Positions 10,609-18,153 of a stretch of 64,000 nt of DNA are shown here, in pieces; the first letter of the stretch is position 1, and the number at the start of each line of letters is the position of its first letter. The stretch lies in IMG/VR virus record IMGVR_UViG_3300031787_007614, positions 248,001 to 312,000 of that record; one strand, written 5' to 3'. The notes under the pieces were generated by a model. The model did not search any database and was not told the DNA's origin. It was given only the letters and a program-made list of their open reading frames with translations. Made by a program: the position numbers and the translations under genes.

Positions 10609-10663
10609 GCGAGTTCTAGTCGCTACGCGGCGGGTTAAACCGCATAAAACACCGTATTGTGTT
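10609..10663 (-). promoter_or_regulatory. Structured 5' leader (three adjacent hairpins) of the MGRPL gene
   Basis: Stems AACAC/GTGTT, TATGCGG/CCGCGTA and GCGA-CTAGAAC-TCGC lie between TAAATA (10670-10675) and the SD. Confidence 0.45.
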
Positions 10664-10690
10664 GACAAGTATTTATGGAAATGTTAGAAT
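10662..10690 (+). promoter_or_regulatory. sigma70-type promoter for the TPR-glycosyltransferase
   Basis: TTGACA-17 nt-TAGAAT with an extended TG. A second, late-type TAAATA lies at 10707-10712, 5 nt before the ATG. Confidence 0.65.
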
Positions 10691-10717
10691 GTAGTCATAT
10701 AGCCATTAAATAGTACC

Positions 10718-11869
10718 ATGGAAACTGATTTTTTAATTTCACAAGGCAACCAACATCGAGCTGACCGACAATACGGTGAAGCCCTGCAATGTTATGCATT
10801 GGCATTTGCCAAAGACATGGATTCAGCAGCGGCATTCAACAACTACGGCAATGTCATGCGAGAAATTGGACATCCTCAACGAGCCATACCGTTCTTGCAA
10901 CATGCTGTTCTCTTGGATCCAAATAACGTAACTGCTAGATTCAATTTGGCAGTGGCACTGTTGTTGATGGGCGACTACACCAATGGATGGCCAGCTTATG
11001 AAGCCAGATGGCAATACGAACATCTTGCTGGCACTGAACCCAAACACCAACAGCCTCGCTGGCGTGGCGAAGATCTCAAAGACAAAACTATTCTTGTGGT
11101 AGGCGAACAAGGCCACGGAGACAACATTCAGTTTTGCAGATTCTTGTACAACTTGCATGTGGCTGGAGCAAAAATCAAGCTTCAGGTTACCGACGGATTG
11201 ATTCCTTTGTTGCAATCTAGCGACGTCATTCAGCAGTTGGGAACATACACTGACGACATGGGTGAGTTTGATTATTGGATTCCTATCATGAGCATCCCTG
11301 GCATACTTGGAGTAACGTTGGAAAATTTGCCCAGGCCAGTGAACTATCTCAACGTAGATCAAGGCCGTCAGCAAGAGTGGTTGCAGATACTGGGTCCTAA
11401 AACCCGCATGCGTGTGGGTTTTTGTTGGAGTGGGCGCAGAGATTCTTGGCTTAATCAACACAAGAGTGTGCCGTTCCCTGTAATGCTGGACATGATCAAA
11501 TCTAATCCTCAATACGAATGGATCAATTTGCAAGTTGACGCCGATCCTGAAGAAGAAGAAGCAGCCTTGCTTGAAGCAGGAGTGCAGGCCTATCCTGGCA
11601 GCGTTAAAAGTTTTGTAGACACTGCGGCATTAATTATGGCCATGGACGTTGTTATTGGCGTAGACACTGCTGTGTCACACTTGAGTGGCGCATTAGGTCG
11701 GCCCACATGGATAATGCTACAAAAATTCAGCACAGACTGGCGTTGGTTGTTGAATCAAGATTCTAGTCCTTGGTATTCAACTGCTAGACTTTTTAGACAA
11801 GAAAACTTTGATGACTGGACAGCAGTTACCAAAAAAGTCAGCCAATATCTAGGGTGGATGAAAGTTTAA
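10718..11869 (+). CDS. TPR-repeat GT-B (GT9-like) glycosyltransferase
   Basis: N-terminal TPR helices (AFNNYGNVMRE, ARFNLAVALL) are followed by EQGHGDNIQFCRF, VGFCWSG, DTAALI…VDTAVSHLSGALGRP, DWRW and SPWY…LFRQ. Confidence 0.85.
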   Translation: METDFLISQGNQHRADRQYGEALQCYALAFAKDMDSAAAFNNYGNVMREIGHPQRAIPFLQHAVLLDPNNVTARFNLAVALLLMGDYTNGWPAYEARWQYEHLAGTEPKHQQPRWRGEDLKDKTILVVGEQGHGDNIQFCRFLYNLHVAGAKIKLQVTDGLIPLLQSSDVIQQLGTYTDDMGEFDYWIPIMSIPGILGVTLENLPRPVNYLNVDQGRQQEWLQILGPKTRMRVGFCWSGRRDSWLNQHKSVPFPVMLDMIKSNPQYEWINLQVDADPEEEEAALLEAGVQAYPGSVKSFVDTAALIMAMDVVIGVDTAVSHLSGALGRPTWIMLQKFSTDWRWLLNQDSSPWYSTARLFRQENFDDWTAVTKKVSQYLGWMKV

Positions 11870-12132
11870 TTTAGATCTTGCCAGGCGCCAACTACGCCAT
11901 TATATCCACGAAATTTACCTGTGTTAATGTTGTAGTAAATCAAGCCTGCTACACCTGCAGGATCAGCTACCAATCCTAATAACTGCATAGTACTGGAAGT
12001 AGTTTTGCCAACCGCACTGACATTGCCTACATTTATAATGTCGTTATTACTTAAATTAAGATTGTCACCAACTGCTATTTCTTCAATTTGACTGCTCGCT
12101 GAGTTGACAACCAGCGGAATTCGATTAGCCAT
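11866..12132 (-). CDS. Small virion (mini-fibre/decoration) protein, N-terminal paralogue of the giant fibre
   Basis: 26 of the first 40 aa are identical to the giant fibre start. It has a C-terminal GLIYYN…FRGYNG…W motif and GATAAATA 4 nt before the ATG. Confidence 0.7.
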   Translation of the reverse strand: MANRIPLVVNSASSQIEEIAVGDNLNLSNNDIINVGNVSAVGKTTSSTMQLLGLVADPAGVAGLIYYNINTGKFRGYNGVVGAWQDLN

Positions 12133-12151
12133 GAATTATTTATCAGAGGAC

Positions 12152-12177
12152 AAAAAAGCACCCCTCGGGTGCTTTTT
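12152..12177. terminator. Rho-independent terminator downstream of major capsid gene
   Basis: AAAAAGCACCC-CTC-GGGTGCTTTTT, with A/T runs on both sides. Confidence 0.85.
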
Positions 12178-12209
12178 CGTTCCTTCCCATCCCTGGGTTG
12201 GTTCTCTGA

Positions 12210-13406
12210 TTAGGAGAATGACAAGTTAGATACTGCGATCTCACCCACATAGTCACCGGCGTTACCGAATGACGATGCAGTGTTGGTCAACTCAATGTAA
12301 CCATAACGTGTCATGAATGACACCACTGGTTCAAAGGTTGATGGATCCAACACAACACCACTGCTCATCAACGGAATGTATGGGCAGTAGAATGCAGGAG
12401 CGTCAGCTTCTGAAGAGCCTTTGTAGCCAACCAGAACTGGAGTTGTATCGCTGGCATAGCTGTCAACGAACACACGCATAGCGCCGTTTAATGTGCCAAC
12501 AAACTTGGTGTTTGTAGGTGCTTCGAAGGTGCCTTCTGTGGTACGAGCAAAAGCTGAAGTTGTTGCTGATTGCAACACTGTCAGAGCAGCTGAACTCACA
12601 ACAGCGTAGTTACCAGCGCCACGACGAGTACGTTGGGCGATCAAGTTAGCAACACGGTTGATCAAAACTGCCAATGCGGCATGTTCGTCACCAACGAATG
12701 TAGCTGTACCTGAAACGGTAGCTTGGTTGTATGTGAACTCAGTGGATGCCAATGAGCGCAAGCTCAAAAGAATCTCTTGGTCGATTTCAGCGGTAATCTC
12801 TTGAGCCAGAGCAGCCATGATTTCTGCTTCAACGTCAATACCATGCATGGCTTGTGCGTCTTGTGCAGATTCAAAAGTCCAGCGAGCTTGCAGCTTGCGG
12901 GTCTTGGCTTCAACAGCTTGTTTCAAGATTTGAACGCTGATTTGCTTACCGCCGGTACCTTCCATGCTGGCTGTTGAGCCGCCGGTGTAGGTAGTAGCTG
13001 TAGCTGTGCCTGCTGGCACAGTAGAGTAAGCAGTTGCAATTGTGAATGGGCTCAATGCTTCTTGACCAGCTGTAACGCTTGTAGCGGCAGCTGAGTTGTC
13101 AGTCAAGCTGTTGGCGTAACGCACACGCAAGGTGTGAATTTGGCCAACTGGGCCTGTCATGGGCTGAACGCCAACCAACTCGTTAGCAATAACGGTAGGC
13201 ATAACACGACGAATCACTGGCAGAATCACACGGTTAAGTGTGGCGATGTTGCCAGAAACAGTACTTCCAGAAGAAGCATTCTCTTTCAAATAGCGACGAG
13301 TATTCTCAAGAATAACTTTCATGCTATTGCGTTTGGTGCCTTGGAGGCCTTCTAACAGGGCCTCTTTGGTCTCATCCCAACGACTTTCTAATAGATCTTG
13401 TGACAT
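12210..13406 (-). CDS. gp23: Major capsid protein (T4 gp23 family)
   Basis: Motifs GVQPMTGPVGQI, VEAKTRKLQARWTFE.AQD..A.HGID.EAE, AFYCPYIPL and FMTRYG. Confidence 0.97.
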   Translation of the reverse strand: MSQDLLESRWDETKEALLEGLQGTKRNSMKVILENTRRYLKENASSGSTVSGNIATLNRVILPVIRRVMPTVIANELVGVQPMTGPVGQIHTLRVRYANSLTDNSAAATSVTAGQEALSPFTIATAYSTVPAGTATATTYTGGSTASMEGTGGKQISVQILKQAVEAKTRKLQARWTFESAQDAQAMHGIDVEAEIMAALAQEITAEIDQEILLSLRSLASTEFTYNQATVSGTATFVGDEHAALAVLINRVANLIAQRTRRGAGNYAVVSSAALTVLQSATTSAFARTTEGTFEAPTNTKFVGTLNGAMRVFVDSYASDTTPVLVGYKGSSEADAPAFYCPYIPLMSSGVVLDPSTFEPVVSFMTRYGYIELTNTASSFGNAGDYVGEIAVSNLSFS

Positions 13407-13425
13407 TTAAGTCTCCTAAAAAATT

Positions 13426-14520
13426 TTAAAGCCCTGCCAGGCGCTTCAAGTCAATCACATTGCTGCGATCTTCCTGGGCGGTCTGCTGGTTCGAAACATT
13501 TTTATCACCAGTAACTGCGGTGACGTTTTCTGTGATCACTTTATGGGCTTTCACGGAACGGTCTTCCAACACTGCTGGTAGATACTTTTCAAAAGCGTTT
13601 TTCAAACGGTTAGTTTGGACGCTTTCGAGCAAATTACGCATGACTTCTTGCTTTTCCTTGTTCAAGGGACGTAGCAATTCATCCAATGAGCTGTCACGCT
13701 CATTAGATTCTTTAATCATACGCAGTTCGCGCTCTTTATTCTCAACCAGGACTTTTGCTTTCATGGTGAGTTTAATTGCCTCAGACAATTTCTTGTCCTT
13801 GTGCGCAATTGTGTTATGCAACTTACGAACTTCGGCTTTCTCATTCAAGTGAGTAGCACCAAATTCGGTAGCATATGCTTCAAAGATACGACGACCAAAA
13901 TTGTTCTCGCGAGCAACTTTGATGTCTTCTTGCAACTGGTTTAATTCAGCCTTAAGATGTTTGCTAACAGCCTGGCTCATTTTGTTGGCACTTTCTTTAA
14001 CAAATCGTGCTTTCAAAGTTTCAAGTTTGTTACGTGCTTCACTAACTAAACGCACTTTGGTTTCCACCAAGTCACGTTTGTCAGCAGCAAATTCTTGAAT
14101 TTCTTTTGCCAATGCATGCACCACGAAGTTCTCAAGTTTTGCAACTCCTTCTGTGTGCATCTTACGGTCTTTGCGCAGTTCAGAAATTTCTTCAGCAAGT
14201 TTAGTAACCAAGAAGCTGTTAAACTTAGTGGCTGACTCTTTCATCTTGTGTTGAAACTTCACACGGTCTTCAGCCAATGCTTGCTTTTCAGTAGCAATGC
14301 TGGCTAATTCTCCTGCGAGACCTTCTGTTACCATCTTATCTAGGGCTTCTACCATCACTGTTTTGTCATGCTCATAGCGTTGTGCAAACTCCTCGCGAAG
14401 TTCTGCACGCACAATCTCACGAGCTTCTGTCAGTTTAGATTCCCAAGCTTCGTTGAGTTCTTTACTAACATCTTCGTTGATTAATCCGCTGTCAAGCAAT
14501 GGTTTAATAGCATCAAACAT
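13426..14520 (-). CDS. gp22: Prohead core scaffolding protein (gp22-like)
   Basis: Helical E/K-rich 364-aa ORF between the protease and MCP genes, with GRRIFEAY. Confidence 0.8.
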   Translation of the reverse strand: MFDAIKPLLDSGLINEDVSKELNEAWESKLTEAREIVRAELREEFAQRYEHDKTVMVEALDKMVTEGLAGELASIATEKQALAEDRVKFQHKMKESATKFNSFLVTKLAEEISELRKDRKMHTEGVAKLENFVVHALAKEIQEFAADKRDLVETKVRLVSEARNKLETLKARFVKESANKMSQAVSKHLKAELNQLQEDIKVARENNFGRRIFEAYATEFGATHLNEKAEVRKLHNTIAHKDKKLSEAIKLTMKAKVLVENKERELRMIKESNERDSSLDELLRPLNKEKQEVMRNLLESVQTNRLKNAFEKYLPAVLEDRSVKAHKVITENVTAVTGDKNVSNQQTAQEDRSNVIDLKRLAGL

Positions 14521-14532
14521 GCCTGGTTCTCC

Positions 14533-15171
14533 TTAGATTTTGAGTTCTCGGATAAGGCGTTTAACCTCACCTGCGAGATACTTCTTCACTTTGTCGTCCT
14601 GACCAGACTCTCTAGCCATCTCTAAGATCTTATGACCGTTTCTCATATTCATGAGACCTTCATAGATTGCTGTAGGATACGCATTAGGAGCACTGGGTTG
14701 GGCAACCACATCTATAGTGACTATTTCAAAGTCACTTACATGTCCGGTTCTGTCATCGACATTACCTGATCCACGACTGCTAACACCCAGCTTCACGCCT
14801 GATGTCAACAGAGTCTTTATCAATTCACCCATTGGGGTTGGCAGAATTTTCAACTTGCCGCAACCGGCATGTCCGTCCATCCACATGCCTTCAACTGTGT
14901 GACACACACGATCTAAATTGATTTTTAAATCATCTGGATGGTCCACTTCACCTAAAACGGAGTTACCGTCACGGATCTGCTCGTTGATAGTTTCTACTGC
15001 TTTGATAATTTCGTGTCGGGGGTAGATACGCTCATTTGCATTGCGCTTGTCGCCTTCAATGCAGATGCCTTTGAGATAGAGATGCTTTTTGCCGCCAACA
15101 TCAGCTTCTTCCAAAACTTGGATGTTGGCCTGGCTAAAAGTAAGATCTTCTCTTAGGTACTTAGATGACAT
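14533..15171 (-). CDS. gp21: Prohead protease (gp21)
   Basis: Motifs NANERIYP, LGEVDHP, TPMG, LGVSSRGSG and DVVAQPSAPNA. Confidence 0.95.
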   Translation of the reverse strand: MSSKYLREDLTFSQANIQVLEEADVGGKKHLYLKGICIEGDKRNANERIYPRHEIIKAVETINEQIRDGNSVLGEVDHPDDLKINLDRVCHTVEGMWMDGHAGCGKLKILPTPMGELIKTLLTSGVKLGVSSRGSGNVDDRTGHVSDFEIVTIDVVAQPSAPNAYPTAIYEGLMNMRNGHKILEMARESGQDDKVKKYLAGEVKRLIRELKI

Positions 15172-15175
15172 CTAA

Positions 15176-16057
15176 TTAACCCTTACGACCGCTTGGTAGT
15201 GGGCTTTTGGTGTTTACACCACTGGCTTGACTCTTTACAGGCGCAGGAGCAGCAGATTTAAATGCTTTCTTTCCAGCGTCTTGAGTGGGAGTTACGCCAA
15301 GTTCTTTTACTGTATTACGATATGCGGCACTGTCATGCACGCCGCCCATGCTGGTGCCAGTGTGTACTGGCTTGCTGGCCATACCAGCTGCACCTGAGTT
15401 AAATGCTACAGGACCTGCTTTGCCGTTGCCTTGTTCAGCGGTAACTGGCTTTGGGGCTGCTTTCATGCTGATGGCTTCCATCATGCCTGGTTCCATTTCG
15501 CCTGTGTCGTCCATTTCAATGGCATCGCCACCTTCTTCGGGACCAAACCCGTCGCCGTCGCCCATGTCACCCATGTCGTCGCCGCCCATCAAGCCTTCAA
15601 ACTCGGCCATCAACTCATCTAGTTTGTCTTCTAGATTCATAACGTCATCTTTGGTTGCTGGCTCATCGCTGCCGCCCATGTCGTCACCGCCCATGTCGTC
15701 ACCGCCCATGTCGTCGCCGCCAAAATCTCCGCCTTCGTCATCATCGCCCATGTCATCATCGCCTTCGGCTTCCATGCTCATGTCTTGTTCTTCGTCAGCT
15801 TCAATTTCGTCAATTAAATCATCGCTAGCATCGCCGCCCATTGCACCTTCGTCGAGTTCTTCGTCGTCAGTTTCTTCGTCGTCGGAATCGTCAGCTTCGT
15901 TTACTTCTGCTTCGTCAAGGTCTTCATCAGCCTCTTCTTGCATTAGATTTTCGTAGATTTCACGGCTTTTGGCCACCACGATGTCATGGAAAAGCTCGCG
16001 AGCTTTTTGGTCTTCGTCGTTGATCACGTATTCAATCAACTGTTCAAATTTGTTCAT
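15176..16057 (-). CDS. Highly acidic prohead core protein (gp67/gp68 position)
   Basis: D/E/G/M-rich 293-aa ORF between the portal and protease genes, with an SD and TAAATA at 16090-16095. Confidence 0.6.
   Translation of the reverse strand: MNKFEQLIEYVINDEDQKARELFHDIVVAKSREIYENLMQEEADEDLDEAEVNEADDSDDEETDDEELDEGAMGGDASDDLIDEIEADEEQDMSMEAEGDDDMGDDDEGGDFGGDDMGGDDMGGDDMGGSDEPATKDDVMNLEDKLDELMAEFEGLMGGDDMGDMGDGDGFGPEEGGDAIEMDDTGEMEPGMMEAISMKAAPKPVTAEQGNGKAGPVAFNSGAAGMASKPVHTGTSMGGVHDSAAYRNTVKELGVTPTQDAGKKAFKSAAPAPVKSQASGVNTKSPLPSGRKG
15671..15721 (-). repeat. 15-bp tandem repeat encoding (GGDDM)x3
   Basis: ccgcccatgtcgtc(a/g) occurs three times in tandem. Confidence 0.85.
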
Positions 16058-16149
16058 AAGGGAAAACTCCTATAGGTAAAGTGTGCTGTTATTTACATAA
16101 CAACCAAAAACTCTGCTGTTTAAGGAGTCAAAATGGCGATAAATGCCAA

Positions 16150-16368
16150 TTAAGCCATTGGGGCTGGGGGAGGTGAGTATTGTTGGCGCACTAGTTTGAG
16201 TTTTTCTTTGTACTCAAATGCACGGACGTCATTCATTTTTCTCAACTTGTTTAGTTGTCTCAAAGTCAAACGAGTTTTGCGCAGATCACCCAGTTGCGGT
16301 TGACTGTTGTCTTGCGATAGATCTTGATAGGCCTCAGGATCTTTTTTGAAAAATTCTTGTAGCAGCAT
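16150..16368 (-). CDS. Small head-module hypothetical protein
   Basis: 72 aa (RKTRLTLRQLNKLRKM), with a perfect TATAAATA 5 nt before the ATG. Confidence 0.75.
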   Translation of the reverse strand: MLLQEFFKKDPEAYQDLSQDNSQPQLGDLRKTRLTLRQLNKLRKMNDVRAFEYKEKLKLVRQQYSPPPAPMA

Positions 16369-16373
16369 GATTA

Positions 16374-16381
16374 TATTTATA
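16374..16381 (-). promoter_or_regulatory. T4-type late promoter TATAAATA (representative of ~15 TAA[A/G/C]TA sites)
   Basis: Exact T4 late consensus overlapping the portal stop codon; a gp55-like sigma factor is encoded in the window. Confidence 0.8.
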
Positions 16382-18137
16382 CTCCGCCAGGTGCAGCCCC
16401 AGGTGCAGCCGCGCCAGGGCCAACCATTTCGCCTGCGCCAGGCTGTTGCATTTGCCCAATTTCTTCGCCAGTGGTAATATCAGTTTCCATGCCGCCAGGC
16501 GTGATACCCACAGAACGTAAGTCAGCACCGCCTGAATTTTGCATTTCAGGGCTATCACGTTCTTCTCGCCAGAGTTCTTCGTTTTCTTTGATTTCGTCTT
16601 CACTCAATCCCAAGAAACGCTGTAGCATAAAACGTTTTGACATGTAAGGCAGTTGCTCCATGGCTGTGAATGCTTGAATTCTTGTGTTGTCTAGTTCGCT
16701 TTGACGATAACTTGCAAAGTTTTGAGGCGGTGAAAACTTCAAATTAAACAGGCTAGAGTCTATGTTAAACCCACGCCATTTCAAAAACATCTTGAATTCG
16801 TCGTCTAATTTTTGTGAAATATGCCCTTGCAAACGCTCACAATACTGGTTGAATCTGTACTCTTGTATAAGAGCTGTGCCTACTTTTCCGTCTGAAAAAG
16901 CACGGTCTGAATCGTCAGGACCAGTGGGCAAATAGCTCGATGGCACACGCAGACCACGGGCCATTTTGTTGTTAAAGTACTTTAAGTCGTCAATTTCGCC
17001 TAGGTTTTGACCGCCTGGCAATGTCTCAACTGAGCTTCCGCGGCCGTCTTGTCCTTGTGGGAAAAAGTAGTCTTCGTTGATTGACAGTGGATTGTAACTG
17101 CTATCCATCATGTTGGCTCCGCCACCTGATACCGTGGGGATTCTACGTTGATGCATTTCGTTTTTAACACGTTCCACAAACGCCATGGCCAAGTGTGATG
17201 GCATGTTGCCTACGTCAATTTTAAAGATTCGTCGTTCAGGAGCACGGCTCACACGATAAATCAAGATTGCATCTTCCAGCAGTTCTTTTTGCTTGAATAC
17301 TTTGTAAATCTGTTCTAGTACACTGCGTCCAAACGGCCAAAATACGTCTAGGCCTTCGTTCAAGCTCATGTGTATCACATGCTTGGCATCTAAACAAGTT
17401 TCGTTCATGGCAGTCATAAAGCGACTGTTGCCCACGCCGCCACCTGACCCACCATTGGGCATGGTGTAGTTGGCAGCGCCAGATACACTGCCTGTCACAG
17501 GATTGGTCATGTAGTCTGTGGTGGTCTTTGCTGCCACAGTCATGTTTTGGAAGTTGGGGTTGATGTCACGGATCACATATTGTTCAGGACGTTTGCCTTC
17601 AGATTCGTTCACAATAACTCTAGCAACTTTGGTCATGTCAACCCAGTACATTTCAAATGTTTCTGGATCACGCACAAACACCTGATCACCATACTTGATG
17701 GTGTTACGGAACAGTTTAAATATGCGCTGATCTAGTTTGTTCAGCTTGACCCACTGTTGCAGTTGTTTTTTAATGATGTCAACTTCGTGGTCTGTGGGTG
17801 TTTCGTTGTATTGAATGTCAAACGGGGTGGCGTTTGACTCGTTGATCTGTGTGGAAAACTCAGCAATAATATCCAAGCAGGCATTGATCTCTGAGTCCAT
17901 GTCCATGTTCTCATACTGATTGTAACGCTCTACTCTGTTGGGATGGCCTGAATAAACTTCGGGCAATCTGCTGGCATAGTTTCGAAAAGTAAAATCATTT
18001 ATCATCGAATCAGAGCCGTCGTTTTTGCCGTAGTTGGACAATCCAAATTGATTTTGTCCAGAAATTGGACTCATCACTCCGGATGTGTCTGCAACTTTGA
18101 AATATTTGCGCCAGCCTTGTTGTTTGGGTTCTGCCAT
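16377..18137 (-). CDS. gp20: Portal vertex protein (gp20)
   Basis: Motifs LLEDAILIYRVSRAPERRIFKIDVGNMP, EDYFFP, GSSVETLPGGQNLGEIDD and LRVPSSYL. Confidence 0.97.
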   Translation of the reverse strand: MAEPKQQGWRKYFKVADTSGVMSPISGQNQFGLSNYGKNDGSDSMINDFTFRNYASRLPEVYSGHPNRVERYNQYENMDMDSEINACLDIIAEFSTQINESNATPFDIQYNETPTDHEVDIIKKQLQQWVKLNKLDQRIFKLFRNTIKYGDQVFVRDPETFEMYWVDMTKVARVIVNESEGKRPEQYVIRDINPNFQNMTVAAKTTTDYMTNPVTGSVSGAANYTMPNGGSGGGVGNSRFMTAMNETCLDAKHVIHMSLNEGLDVFWPFGRSVLEQIYKVFKQKELLEDAILIYRVSRAPERRIFKIDVGNMPSHLAMAFVERVKNEMHQRRIPTVSGGGANMMDSSYNPLSINEDYFFPQGQDGRGSSVETLPGGQNLGEIDDLKYFNNKMARGLRVPSSYLPTGPDDSDRAFSDGKVGTALIQEYRFNQYCERLQGHISQKLDDEFKMFLKWRGFNIDSSLFNLKFSPPQNFASYRQSELDNTRIQAFTAMEQLPYMSKRFMLQRFLGLSEDEIKENEELWREERDSPEMQNSGGADLRSVGITPGGMETDITTGEEIGQMQQPGAGEMVGPGAAAPGAAPGGV

Positions 18138-18153
18138 GGTTGTTTATTTACCG

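Noticed and set aside
10823-11533. 236-aa minus-strand ORF and other long antisense ORFs (13460, 15285, 33936, 39900)
   Set aside because: Each lies almost entirely opposite a well-supported gene and has no recognisable motifs.
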